The notes beneath the pieces were generated by a model. The model did not search any database. It was not told the origin of the DNA and worked only from the letters and a program-made list of their open reading frames with translations. A DNA stretch of 64,000 nt from Balamuthia mandrillaris (taxonomy: Eukaryota): contig JAVKOQ020000067.1 of NCBI GenBank assembly GCA_031835245.2, positions 124,001 through 188,000 on the forward strand, given 5' to 3'. Of the stretch, positions 11,721 through 24,169 are shown in pieces. A program made the position numbers and the translations under genes. Positions within the stretch are counted from its first letter, which is position 1. Each line of letters starts with the position of its first letter.

Positions 11721-13137
11721 TTATTTTGCCTCTGCAGAAGGAGGAGGAACAAAAGTGGAAGGAGGCAGCTCAAGAGAGCCGCAGCGATCCTTGGAGCCGC
11801 TGCGGGTGAGCACAAGGACATGGACGGTGCTGCGCACGTCCTCGCTTCCAAAGTCCTCCTCGAACATGGGTCCCACCCGCGTGCTAAACAGGTGCTTCAC
11901 ATCAAAGCAAAAGGGCGGCTGCACGGCCTGCTTGAAGAACTGCAGATCCCGCTGCGCCCACTGCGGCCGGTGGTGGGAGAAAGAGACAAAGACCTGACCG
12001 CCCTCTTCGCGCAACGCCTCGTTGCAAGTCTGCAACAGTTGCTGATGCTGGCTGTGGTTGAAGATGAGGTCAGAGAGAATGACCACATCAAACTTTCTGG
12101 GTTCCGCCGCCGCCTCCGAGCTGCCGGTATCCGCAGACAAGAGAGGAAGAACGGAGGAGCCCCACAAGTGGCCGGTGATCTTGATGCGTTTCCGCTCCTC
12201 TTCGGAGGTGTTGGCCTTCACGTTGAACTCAATGTTTTCCATCAAGTCCTCATCTGGATAGTCCGTCACTACCACCTGTTTCAAAAACACAACACAAAAG
12301 AGTTTGGTGAGTAAAAAAAAAATAAAAGAGAGAAAGAGAAGTTATAAAAGGGGAGGAAGGAAGATTGCGAGAGAGTGTGTTGTTTTGTTTGCAAACTTCA
12401 GAAAAAGTGTGTTATCATCCACACCAGCGTTGATTTTGGACGCCAGTGTGTACTAAGGTGTCCTAAGATATTTTTGTAGAATTTCATCACGTTCGCAAAA
12501 AAAATAATCTCTTGTGTGTGTGTCGATGGAAGAAAAGAAAGAGAGAGGGGGGAAAAAGCCTTTTTTTCTTACCTGCGCGCCAAGTTTGAGGGCGACCAGA
12601 GAGGGAAGCGCGGCTCCGGCTCCCAGTTCTAGCACACTAACATGCCGCCGTGGTTGTGGTTGCGACTGTTAGTGATGAGGTTAAGCGCTATAAATAAAAA
12701 CAGAGTGTGGAGGAAGGGGTGGGGAGAAAAAAAAGGGTAGAGAGAGGATTTTTGAGTGAGCGTACAATTTGTTTTCCAGAGGGACGTGCTCCTCAAAGTG
12801 TGTGGAAATGATCTTCGCGGCGTTCCATATCAAGTGTCCCCACAACGGATGGCTTCCCACCAGTCGCAACTTTACTAGCAGAAAAAGAAGAGAGAGAAAC
12901 AAATCAAAAAAAATCATTAACTTTGGAGCCAAGAGGATTAAAAAAAAGTGTGACACAGACCAGGAAAAGCTAATTGTTTTTTTTTTTATGATTGTATTTT
13001 GTGCGTGTGTGTGTGTGAGTGTCCGTACCTTCCTCGCCGTTCTTTCTTGTGTACGTGGAAAAAGTAGGCTCCGCCGGAGGTTTGTAATAGTCCTCCGGCT
13101 CTTCGAAGAGCGCACCAGCCACCCCCTCCTCTTCCAT
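11721..13137 (-). CDS. EFM7: Protein N-terminal/lysine methyltransferase, EFM7/NNT1-like (Methyltransf_16)
   Basis: MEEEGVAGALFEEPEDYY, LRLVGSHPLWGHLIWNAA, VLELGAGAALPS, VVVTDYPD, FDVVILSDLIFNHSQH. 4 exons. Confidence 0.85.
12391..12496 (-). ncRNA. Intronic box C/D snoRNA with LSU rRNA guide
   Basis: On the host strand: terminal stem GCGAAC/GTTTGC, box C GTGATGA (12490-12484), box D CTGA (12401-12398), C'-like GGATGA, and a 14-nt guide ATCTTAGGACACCT complementary to conserved LSU rRNA AGGUGUCCUAAGAU. Confidence 0.85.
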
Positions 13138-13413
13138 GTGTTCTCGTTTGTTCTGTATTTTCTATTTTTTTCTCAGGTTAATAACCGCTGAGGAGAATTT
13201 GTCGACACAAAGCTGACGTAAGTTATACTATAAAAGCGTAACCAATGACGTGTGACTTGAGAGAACCCTCGAGAAAGGGTAATTATTAGCGTCGACAATG
13301 ATGACGTATGTTTTTTCCAAAAATAGAAGTGATCGACGTGTGTTTCAGAAAAGTGCCAATCCACAACAAAAAAAAAAGAGAGAAAGCTTTGAAAACAAAG
13401 AGGAACGACGACG

Positions 13414-14109
13414 ATGCTGCCCTCTCCCTGCGCGTCCCTGGTCACCAGAAGCGGCGTTAGGACCGTCAACGGTGGTGCTTTGGGCAATGCCCTTCTAATG
13501 CTTCCTCTGCAGCGACAACAGCAACGACTGTCCACAACCCTTTGCGGTGGCATGAGGAATCTGAACGCTTCGCAAAGAGCGCTCAGTCTCGCTCTTCCTC
13601 CTTCCCTTCGTTTTCCCGCCCGCCTCACTGCCAACCGCTCTTTGTTGATGTCTTCTTCCGCCATGCCGCGCTCCGTCCGTCCTTATTCCCACTCCCGTCC
13701 TTCACTCTCGTCCTCTACTTCTACTTCCTCCTCCTCCTCAGCAGCGAACAACCAAAACAGCAACAAAGCAAACTCCACCACCGGTGGAGGAGAGGAGGGC
13801 ATTGAGGACGAGGATGAGGTCATGCGGGCCTACCGTGCCTCCATGGAGAAGCCCCTCAGCCGCTACGACGTGGCCTTCCGAGGGGAGCCCCTCACCGGCT
13901 GGCGCAAGTACCTCAAGTGGTTCATCAACGCCGGCCTCATTGCCTGCATCAGCCTCATCAGCTATTACATCATCTTCCCGGTGCCCCTGGAGGAGAACGA
14001 GTGGTACCAAATGGAGCAGCAGCTGAAGGAGCGCTCCAGGCAGGCCTACCTCAAGAGAAAGGAGGTGGAGGACGCCCTTGCCAACGCTCCTCGAAAGCCA
14101 CAACAGTAA
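13414..14109 (+). CDS. Hypothetical single-pass membrane protein, probably mitochondrial
   Basis: Intronless ORF with an Arg/Ser-rich presequence-like N-terminus, one TM segment (WFINAGLIACISLISYYIIFP) and GC-rich third codon positions in the 3' half. Confidence 0.7.
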   Translation: MLPSPCASLVTRSGVRTVNGGALGNALLMLPLQRQQQRLSTTLCGGMRNLNASQRALSLALPPSLRFPARLTANRSLLMSSSAMPRSVRPYSHSRPSLSSSTSTSSSSSAANNQNSNKANSTTGGGEEGIEDEDEVMRAYRASMEKPLSRYDVAFRGEPLTGWRKYLKWFINAGLIACISLISYYIIFPVPLEENEWYQMEQQLKERSRQAYLKRKEVEDALANAPRKPQQ

Positions 14110-14629
14110 ACGAGCGAGCATCATCGCGTGCGATGGAGGCGGCACTCCCGCCTCTTATCTCGCACTGCAAACAGCAACAATAAACGTGTTGTTCTCTTCT
14201 TGTAGACGTTATCTGCCCGTAATGAAAGCTCAAAAACATCGAAACATATTGCAAATTTTCATGTGACACCAGTGAGGGTAGTTTTGGGAGAGGACGATGA
14301 GACCTGTCGAATTGTCTGCCGAAACCAGCGCAGAGGAGATAAGATATGAGCGAGGACAAGAGCAAGGACACGAGCCAGGAGAAGAGATGGGATATGAGAT
14401 TAGATAAGAGAGAGGACAAGAGATAGGACAGGAGAGCAGTCTATATTAATTAAAAGATAAAAATAAAATTGGATGGAGAGGTGAACGGGAGAACGAAAAC
14501 AAACAACGAGCTCCTCCTCCTTCATGAACTGCGCTACCACGAAGCCAACAACAACTTCAAGTCCTTTGTTTTTCTCTTGCAACAACTGAAGAAGAAGGGT
14601 TTCTCTTTTTCCAACCAACAACGCACAAG

Positions 14630-16056
14630 ATGAAAAGTGTGACAGACAGTGGAGATGACACTTCCTCGGATGACACGCTCCTGCCGGTGCCTTTAGCCAG
14701 CCCAAAGTCCTTGACGTTTGAGCCCACTGCTTCACCTTCTTCTTCTCTTCGTCGCAAACTGTCTCCTCGTAAACAACAGCTCAACCACTCTGCTGCATTA
14801 TCCAAAGCTTCTTCCTCCTCCCATCATTTCGGCATTATTCTCAACACTTCTTCTTCTTCTTCTTCAAAGAGTGGAAAAAGCTCCTTGCCTGACTCAAAAG
14901 AGAGCAGCGAGCACAGTCATACCAACAACAGCAAAAGAAAGAAACAAAAGAAACGCAGTGTTAGCTTGGGAAGAGGAGACAACAACTCGCCACGACTCTA
15001 TCGGAAACGGTCCAACAGCTCTGATGGCGAAACTTCTTCTTCAACTTCAACTTCTTCTTCTTTTGCTTCTTCAACTCCTGCAGGGGTCTCCGCTGCCACG
15101 ACCAACAAAACAGAAAAGAAAGAGAGAAAGCTAGAGAGAGCAAAAGAGAACAACAAGTTACGAAACAACGAATTTGTGGAGATAAGAAGGAAGAAGAAAG
15201 AGGAAGAGGAAGCAGAAGAAGGAGAGGGGGAAGCAGGCGAAAAACAACAACAACGACAACGAGTGAAGACTGTGGCTCAGCTTCGAGAAGAAGAAGGACG
15301 ATGGTTTCATCCTGAAGCAGAAGCAGAAGAAGAGGCTGAAGTTGAATATGAAGAAGAGGAAGAAGAGGAATATGAACAAAGGAAAAGAGAGACGAAAGAA
15401 CCGATTGTTCTTTCTTCCGTCTCATCTCCTTCACCAACTGCTTCTTCTTCTTCGACAACGTCGTTATCGTGGTTATGGCGTGACCACGGCTTAGAGGCCG
15501 ATGATGTAGACTCTGATGTCGTCAAAGAACTCGAACGAAGAAGAAGAAGACAACAGCAACTGCAACATCAATACGAAAAAGAAAAAGAGAAAGAACGAGA
15601 AGAAGATAACTTTAGGAAGAACATCACTCGTCGACAATTACTACCGTCTTCTTTGTCTTCTTCTTCGTTTTTGTCCACGAAAGAAAAGGAAGCACGAGCA
15701 GAAGAAGAACGACGAAGGCGACAACAATTGTTTCCATCTTCTTCCTCTTCTTTTCTATCGGCATTGAAACAAAAGGAAAAAGAAAGAGACGAAGAAGATG
15801 AAACATTGGAAGCAAACGAAGATAGAGAGGAGGATGAAATCGTCAGAATAAATGTCGGTGGATATCGGTATACGACCACTCGAACGACGTTATACGGCTA
15901 CTATCATCGAAGAAACAGTTTTCCTGGCAACTGGTTCAGCAGTCTTCTTTCCGGAAAGTTTCGGTGTTTGAAGGACGAGACGGGAGCCTATTTTATCGAT
16001 CGGGATGGACAGTACTTTGCTCCTATTTTGACCTATCTCCGAACAGGTTTGATATT

Positions 16057-16096
<40 letters not shown>

Positions 16097-16995
16097 TTCT
16101 CTATGTTTCCTCTAACGTGTTTTGGTGTAAACAACTGAAAGGAGTGGCAAGTATCCCAAAGAGCATGCCATTAGATGCAGTAAAACGGGAGGCCGAGTTT
16201 TACTGCATTCAGCCATTAGTGGACAAGATAACCAAAATGCAGGAAGCCAAGAAGGACAAACAGACAGACATGCGCAAGGCAGAATTCTTTCATTGCTTGA
16301 CGATGGCAAGAATGAAAGGCTTCATGCTGAGCATGTCGGGAATGAAGATGAGAGGCATGGACTTTTCTCACATGCAGTTGTTGAACGTTCATTTTACTGC
16401 TTGTGATTTGGAGGTTAGTTCTTTGTCATTCTTCATTCTTCCTTGCATTCTTCTTTACTTAAGACAACACAACAAAGGGAGCAGACTTTTCCAACGCCAT
16501 TCTCAACAAGGCCAAGTTTCACGCTGCGAACTGCAAGAATGTTCGCTTCGTACACAGCATCTTCTCTTCCCACACCAATCCCTTCAGCCGAACGACGAAC
16601 CTGGAAGGAGCTCTCTTTCATCAAGTTCGCTTCCTTTCCTGTTCTTTTCTTTCTTCTCTTGCTGGTTTACTCGTTATCTTACCTTCTCCCTCTTTTCTCT
16701 TCATATTTAATAGGCGGACAATGCGTTAGCTCTCTACGGAGAAGCATTCAAGGAATGGGGTTATCGAATGGAGAACGTCTCGCTAACGTTTTACGGCATC
16801 TCCTTCAAGGAGTTAGGCTATCAAATGGAGAACGTCAACACCCCTTTCTTCATGAGAAACATCATTCGATTGGTCAGGGACAAATCTTCATCCTCCTCCT
16901 CATCTTCTGTTTCGTCGGGTGCATCTTCTGCTTCGTCTTCCTCTTCAGCGAATGGCCCGAGTCATCCTTCTCAACAAACGCCTCATCGTTCATAA
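14630..16995 (+). CDS. BTB/POZ (T1-type) plus pentapeptide-repeat protein, KCTD9-like
   Basis: IVRINVGG...[27 protein letters not shown], then pentapeptide repeats ([34 protein letters not shown]). Confidence 0.85.
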
Positions 16996-17150
16996 AATAA
17001 AGCCACACCCTTTTTTTTAACTTTCTTCTTGTTCTTTTGTTTTTTACAAGAAAAGAAACATCGGGTGGGCATGTAAAAAGCTGTGAGAGTCATCCCACCA
17101 CTCTCACCTCTTTCCAACACCTCGTTCCTCCATCTTTTTTTTTTGTTCGT

Positions 17151-19088
17151 TTACCAATCCTCCACATCGTCCTCCTCGCCGTCGTCCCAATCCTCATCAT
17201 CCGAGTCGGCCAAGGCCAACTTCCTCACCTCCATCGCCGCCGTCAACGTGTCGTGCAACGACTGGAAGATGCCGCCGAGGCTGGCCGCAGGGGGCTTCTC
17301 CAGCTCCTCTTCGGAAACCACCTTGAGCTTTGTGCCGGCGCGAATGGCGGCCAACAAGTCGGCCGTTCCGTTCTTGGCGCGCGTCTCTCTTTGGGCGGTG
17401 GGGATATTGAGTTCGGTGGAGGAGGGGCCGGAGGAGAGCAGAGGAGGTGGAGGAGGAGCGGAGGGAGCGGAGGGAGCAGAAGGAGGAGCTGGAGCTAAGG
17501 GGGGAGGGGTGGGAGGAGGAGGAGCGGAGGCGCCCTCTGAAGCAGGTGAGGAGGAGGAAGAAGAGGAAGTAGGCGGGGAAGGGATGTCAGCGCCGAGTTC
17601 TTTGGAGGTGATCTCTTCAACGCTGCGAACGTAGTCGACCATATCTTTGAAGAACTCACTTTCGCGGTCGAAAGGAAAGTCACGCACCATGCCTTGCAAC
17701 TTGGTTTGCAAGTGCTGCAAGGTGGCTTTGGCAAAGGAGAGCGTGTTTTCCGTGTTGGCATTCTGTAGCTTGAGCTCGTTGATCTGTTTGAGGTGTTTGG
17801 TCTTTTCCTCCTCCTGAACGCGATAAGCGGCTTCCAACTTGAGAAGAGACTGCAGAAAAGTGGTTAGTTGGTTGTCCACGTTCATTTGCTTCTGCTTCTG
17901 GTCCAACTTCTTGCTCTCTTTGAGCAACGCTTTGGACTTGGCATCCAACTCTTTTTCTCTCTTCCGTCTGGCTTTGGCTTGAGCCACGCGCTCCTTTTCA
18001 GCTCCTCGAAGGTTGGCCTGCGCTTTGCTTAGCAACTCTTCTCCCACTATCTTTCTTCCTTGTTGTGCTTCTTTCGTTTTGGCCAAAGTGGTGGATTCTT
18101 TCTTCGGCTCTTCTTTGTCTTTCTGCTCTTCATCTTCTTTCTTTTCTTTGTCAGAAGAAGTGGAAATAGCGATAGAAGGGGCAAGCAACGAGGCAGGCTG
18201 CTTGCGAGGAGAAGGGCTTCTTCGTGAAGCGGAAGGACTTCCTCTACCAGGGCTCTTGGGAGCACTCCCGATCGGTCTTCCCACCATCCTCGATCCTTTC
18301 TTGAAGGCAGCGTTCATGATGACCGAGCCAGACACCATCTTGGCCAATTCTTGCTCCGTGCTCTGTTTTTGCTGCTTCTGAGTGGCAAGGGCCTCTCTCT
18401 TCATGGCCAGTTGAGCCTGAAGCTTCTCCAACGCCGCCAGCTTGGCCTCTTTGCTGCGTTTGATGGTGGAGATGGATCGTTTCTGTTCTTTGGCGGTTAA
18501 CCAATGTTGAGCCGCTGATAAAGTCGCTGTTGTGTTCTCTGAAGCAGCAGAGGAGGTGGCGCCGGCCTCCTTTTCACCTTCTTCCTCATCACCAGCAGCC
18601 GCTTTCTTTTTCTTTGGCTTGATGACGGAACCGGCTTGAAGGATCTCAAGGACAGAAGGGGTGGAGCGTTGGGCCTTTTGTTGTTTGTAGCGCTCCAAGT
18701 CGCCGTCACGGCGTTTGATGTCCGACTCCTTGAGCAGCTGCGCAAAGGCGGACTCTTTCTTGGCTGGAGCGTCTTCCCCGTTGTTGAGGGCTTCAGAGGA
18801 GGCAGAAGCCTCCCTTAGTTGCGAGAGAATGCTTCCCTTCTTGAAGGGTCGGTTGCTGATCGACGACCCTTGTTGCTCTTCTTGAGGCTGTTGTTGAGAG
18901 GAAGAAGAGTCTGTTGTGGAGGCATTGTTTTGTTCTTCGTCGTCTTTGTTTGCCAGCTCAGAAGCAGACTTGTTGATCAGCGCTGCAGAGGAGGGAGTAG
19001 GAGCGGTGCCTCGTCGTTTGCTCTCCAAGGCGCTGTTGAGACGTTTCAGCTTTGCCACTGCTGACTCTGCCCTCCCTGACTGCGACAT
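17151..19088 (-). CDS. Coiled-coil, poly-Pro, WH2-central-acidic (WCA) protein, intronless
   Basis: 645 aa ORF; WH2 ADLLAAIRAGTKLKVV; C-like helix LHDTLTAAMEVRKLAL; acidic tail DSDDEDWDDGEEDDVEDW. Confidence 0.85.
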   Translation of the reverse strand: MSQSGRAESAVAKLKRLNSALESKRRGTAPTPSSAALINKSASELANKDDEEQNNASTTDSSSSQQQPQEEQQGSSISNRPFKKGSILSQLREASASSEALNNGEDAPAKKESAFAQLLKESDIKRRDGDLERYKQQKAQRSTPSVLEILQAGSVIKPKKKKAAAGDEEEGEKEAGATSSAASENTTATLSAAQHWLTAKEQKRSISTIKRSKEAKLAALEKLQAQLAMKREALATQKQQKQSTEQELAKMVSGSVIMNAAFKKGSRMVGRPIGSAPKSPGRGSPSASRRSPSPRKQPASLLAPSIAISTSSDKEKKEDEEQKDKEEPKKESTTLAKTKEAQQGRKIVGEELLSKAQANLRGAEKERVAQAKARRKREKELDAKSKALLKESKKLDQKQKQMNVDNQLTTFLQSLLKLEAAYRVQEEEKTKHLKQINELKLQNANTENTLSFAKATLQHLQTKLQGMVRDFPFDRESEFFKDMVDYVRSVEEITSKELGADIPSPPTSSSSSSSPASEGASAPPPPTPPPLAPAPPSAPSAPSAPPPPPLLSSGPSSTELNIPTAQRETRAKNGTADLLAAIRAGTKLKVVSEEELEKPPAASLGGIFQSLHDTLTAAMEVRKLALADSDDEDWDDGEEDDVEDW

Positions 19089-19450
19089 ATTGTTTCAACT
19101 TTTAAAAAAAAAAAGTGTATCACAATATTGTTTGAGAATGCAGTTAGTTCTTATGTATCGTTGTTGAGAGCACAAATTTCTTTTTTAAAAAAAAAACGAA
19201 AGAAAGAAAGAGAAAGCAAGAGGAAAAAGAAAGAGGTGAAGAGCGAGGAATGGAGGCATACCCTTCTTTTTTGTTTTCTTCTTTCTTTTTTACAGATACG
19301 AGATTCAATTGACAGCGGAAATAAGGAAAGTCGACACTAATTTCTTTTCATTAAATTGACCAAATTAGGATATCAATATGCAACATTTTTCGATTTTCCA
19401 TTGGTCGATTGTGTGGAGATCATCTGGTTTGTGATCCGAGAGGCATGACG

Positions 19451-20387
19451 TCACTCGCTCAGCGCAGAAGAAGCGGCGGCGGAGAAGAACTCGTTCTTGA
19501 CGAGCTGGTAAGCCTCTCGGAAGGGAACGCCGGAGGCCACCCGCTTGTAGACCTCGTCGGTGAGGTAGAGGTCCTTGGTCATGGCCCCTCGCAGCCTCTC
19601 TTTGTTGACGCGAAGAGCGGGCACCACGTCCAGCAGCAGCTCCAGCGTGCTTGTGCAGAGCTCCACCCCCTCCACAAACGGCTTCTTCGTCAATTGCAAG
19701 TCTCTGTGGTATCCGCTTCCCTTTTCAATGTTTCAACGACGACGACGACGTTAGCAAAAAGAGAAAACGAAAAGGCAACAACAAACCAGGCCAAGAATAA
19801 TGCCCTGCATTTGAGCTTGATACGAAGCAAAGACCTTTCCATTGCCCCGCATGATCTCGAACAAGTCATAGTTCTTCTTCTGCGGCATGATCGAGGAGCC
19901 CGTCACAAACTCATCCGGCAAGGCAAAGAAGGCGGTTTCCTGCTGGGTGAACCCCATCATATCGACAGCGAACCGTGAGGTCACGGTCAGGATCACTGCC
20001 AGAGCTTGCATCATGATCCACTCGAAGAACCCCCTGCTGAAGCCGCAGTACATCACGTTCTCCTGCACTCTCTCGAAGCCCATTTCCCTGGCGGTCATCG
20101 CACGATCCAGTGGCAAGTGGCGGATGCCAAAGCCAGCAGCAGAGCCCAGAGGGTTCTGGTCGATGAGGGTGAGGGTGGAGCGGAGGCACAGGAGGCTGTC
20201 CTGGAGGGCGCAGGCGAAGCTGTCCAACCAAACGCCGACGGTGGTGGGCATGGCGCGTTGCATGTGAGTGTAGCCTGGCATCTCCGTGGTGGCGTGCTGT
20301 TGGGCGGCGTGTTGGAAGGTGGTGACAAGTCGTTCGGTCAAGGAGATGATTTCTTTCAGTTTGTCCTTGTGTTTGTTAGTAATGGAG

Positions 20388-20419
<32 letters not shown>

Positions 20420-20999
20420 CGCAACGTGATGCAAGAAAAGGACATAGGAGAAGAGCACAAAGAGAGAAGACCCGCACGAACAGAACAGAACGAGATCAAG
20501 AGAATCAGAAAAAAGAACACAAGGGTAAACAGATGAGGTCAAGAGAAGGAGAGGGGAAGAGAGTAGGTACTTTGGCGTAGAGACGAAGCATGACCAAGGA
20601 CTGGTCGTTACGGCTCCGTCCAGTGTGGATCTTCTTGCCAACCTCCCCGTAATGCTCCGTGATGTACTGCTCGATGGCAGTGTGCCCGTCCTCCTGCGCC
20701 CGAGTGATCTCAAACTTGCCCTCTTTGTGAAGCTGCTTGATCTCCTCCAACGCTTTCTGCAGCGTGCTCAGCTCCTCCTCGCTCAGGACCTGGATGGAGG
20801 CCAGCATGCTGGCGTGCGCCGAGCTGGCCTGCAGGTCGTACTCCAGCAGCTTGCTGTCGAGGTGGTGGTCATCTCCCACCGTGAACGCTTCCACCAGGGG
20901 ATGAAGCTGCGTGGAGGTCTGCCAAAGCTTCTTCTTCTTCTCCTGCCCCTGCGCCTGTGCTTCTGCTCCGCTCTGGCTGCTGCTACTCTTTTCTTCCAT
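19451..20999 (-). CDS. argH: Argininosuccinate lyase, 3 exons
   Basis: KLWQ, EDGHTAIE, KIHTGRSRNDQ, MPGYTHMQRAMP, TGSSIMPQKKN, GVPFREAY. Confidence 0.95.
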
Positions 21000-21360
21000 T
21001 TTTTCGTTAACGCGGTTTACAGCCTAAAAAAAAAAAGGAAAACACTAACCATTTTCTGTCGACTATCTCTCACAATCAATTGCAATCGATCTTTTATGTC
21101 GACACTGCGCTTTGATTATGGATTGGCGGGCATTGGCGCCAGTTTTTTTTTCCATTTTGTCGACTTAACCTTTTTTCGGCAGGAAACCGTCGACAATTAC
21201 AAATCCGTGGCTAACGGACAAATGGACCAAAAAACTTCCGATTACAAATTTAAAAAAAGAGTAGCGAGACTACCCCTCCCTTTCTGTATGTTCTTTCCAC
21301 TGTTGTTCTTCTGGGCTCACTCCCGACACACTACTTCTCCGGATAAACAAAAAACACACA

Positions 21361-22131
21361 ATGCGCAGCGTTCATCATGATCCCCATTTGCTTGGGGTGG
21401 CAGACGGCCAAGACCCGCTGCAAATGGCCAGAGCAGCCGAGTCCTACGCTTCCTTGCTGGCCTCCTACTGCAATGCCAAGCAGTTCAACGACCCCATTCA
21501 CGGCCACATCAAGCTGCCCACCTACTGCATAGAGTTTGTGGACACGCCCCAGTTCCAGCGTCTCCGAGATCTGAAACAACTGGGCACCAGCTACTACGTC
21601 TTTCCCGGCGCCTCCCACAACCGCTTTGAGCACTGCCTGGGCGTTTGTCACCTGAGCGGGGCGCTGCTGGAGAGAACCATTCTGCAGCAGCCTGAGCTGG
21701 ACATCACCGGGAGGGAGGTGAAGCTGGTCCGGCTGGCAGGGCTTTGTCATGATATTGGGCATGGCCCTTTCTCTCATGCCTTTCAGCATTGGGCTGAGAG
21801 TCATTCGTAATTCTCCCTCCCTTATTCTTTTTTTTTTTTGGTGTTTGTTCTTTGCTGACGAAAGGGATAGGTCTGGCTGGTCGCATGAAGACATGTCGCA
21901 AAAGGTAGTAAAGTACTTGATAGACGACAACGGACTCGATTACTCAGCGGAAGATATTCGCTTCATAAACTCGCTCATTACTGGAGAGAGGCCACCGTAC
22001 GTTGCATGCTTCTCTACCGCTATCTGTTGCTCCTTTAACAATTTACTTATTTGTCTTCATCACCTATGGCAGTGATAGCAACGAAAAGGCCTTTCTCTAC
22101 GACATTGTAGCTAACAATCGGTATCTCCTCG

Positions 22132-22180
<49 letters not shown>

Positions 22181-23558
22181 TTCTTTCCCTCTTTCTCTCT
22201 CTATCTCTATCTCCTTCTATCACATCGCATATGACACTCGTTTTTCTCTTCGCATCCCCTCTCTCTCTTCTCACCCAAATAGGAATAGCATTGATGTAGA
22301 TAAGTTTGACTACATAGCAAGGGACTGTAGGAATACTGGCCTTCATAACGGTTTTGATCATCAGAGGTTTATGAGCCTCCCTTCTATCCACTCTTAGTTC
22401 TGTCTTTACTTTTAGCATCTTGCATTTACATCCTTTTGAATAGACTAATGGGACTAAGCCGAGTCATTGGAAACGAGATTTGTTTCTCCAGCAAAGGTGA
22501 CTTTGAGGTGTATGAGCTCTTTCGGACGCGTTATAGCCTTTGGAAGCAGATCTATTCTCATCCTGTTTCCAAAGCCATCGAGTACATGATTGGTACGTAC
22601 TCTTGCTTTGGTCCTTTTGTTTTTCTGCCTTTACTTACTCTATGGATTAATGTTGTATATTTGGCTTATCATGCTTTCTCTCTTTGATGTTAGCGGATGC
22701 AATGACGGCAGCAGATGATTATTTGCATATTTCTGCAAGTCTTTCGGATGTGGAAGAGTATTGTCTTCTTTCCGATTGCATTCTCAAACAAATCGAATAC
22801 TCAAAAGCACCTGTACGTTCTTTCATTTATTTTACGGTGTATGTCTGTTTAACTTTGTTTGCAGGAACTCACAAAAGCAAGAGAGATTGTACGTAACATT
22901 CGGAAACGAAAACATTACAAAATGGTGGGCGAGTTTATCATCCCTCCTGAGAAGATAGCCTTTTTTCCGCGCGAGGTTCTAATTCCTTTCTTCTCTGTTT
23001 CTTTTATCTGTTTTCTTTTTCTTCTCTCTTCTCTAATTGAGTAATAAACCAACAAAAAGGTAACTGAGCGGGACATTATAACATGTGAAATAGCTGGAGT
23101 AGGAATGCATTCAGCCTCAATGGACCTTCAGGAAGAAGACATAATCGTTCAAAACCTCGTCTTGAACTACGGCTTGCAGGACCAGAATCCAGTCGACCAC
23201 GTTCGCTTTTTCAACAAAGACGAACCAGATTGTTCGTCTCTCTCTCTCTCTCTCCAATTTTTGAAAGTCTCATTTTAACCTTTAAACAGCTTCCTTTGGA
23301 GTAGAGAAGCACCAAGTGAGCATGCTCATCCCTGACCTCTTCTCTGAGCATTATGTGCGAGTCTTTTGCCGCAACCCAGCGAAGAAAGAAAGCGCGGAGA
23401 GGGCGTTCCGCGCTTTCCTGGAGCGTCAAGGCGTGAAACCCACCGGAAGGGTGTCCCACGGAGGGACGCCCGCTGCCAGCCCTTCCCGACCGGGTGTTGT
23501 TGGCGGAAGTTCTGCTACTGTTGGCTCCTTGTCTCCGCGAAATTTGCACTTCGAATAA
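21361..23558 (+). CDS. HD-domain dNTP triphosphohydrolase, SAMHD1-like
   Basis: [60 protein letters not shown]. No SAM domain. Confidence 0.93.
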
Positions 23559-23614
23559 ATCGTTAGCTTGAAGGACCAGAATCCAGTCGTTCACGTTCGC
23601 TTTTCAATCGTTAG
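23558..23614 (+). repeat. Short duplicate of a SAMHD1-like exon segment flanked by 9-bp direct repeats
   Basis: 23566-23607 nearly matches 23172-23214; AATCGTTAG at 23558-23566 and 23606-23614. Confidence 0.8.
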
Positions 23615-23635
23615 TCTCCCTCCCCTCCCTTCCCT

Positions 23636-23718
<83 letters not shown>

Positions 23719-24169
23719 TCACTCTCCCTCCCACTCTCTCTCTCCCTCTCTCTCTCTCCTCTCCTCTCATCTCCTCTCTCTCTCTCTCTCTGCTCTCTAA
23801 TCATTGCATCATGAATCTCTCTCTCCCCCCCACTCTCTCACAAATTAATGGTCTTCGGGGTGAAACGACGACGGTTGCTAGGGTAACGCTTTAAGCCTGA
23901 TATAATTAACAATTCATCCATTTTGCCTGTTATCTCTGATTTCCCATTGGCCATTTTCACCCGCCTCAATATGTCCCAGCCAATGGGAAATCTTTCGTGC
24001 CCTGTTGTTGTGTAATGGCCTTCAGGTGGTAGTTTTCATTCAAGTAAAAAAACCCTCCATAAAACAACTATTTAAAGACTTTCTTTTACTCATCTCTCTT
24101 GGTTCTCATCAAAACAAACAAAACACAGAAGCTTCTTCTCTCACTAGACCTTACTGACGCAAAAACAAC

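Noticed and set aside
14290..14330. Hammerhead-like GATGA...GAAA
   Set aside because: Lacks the CUGA core and stem II.
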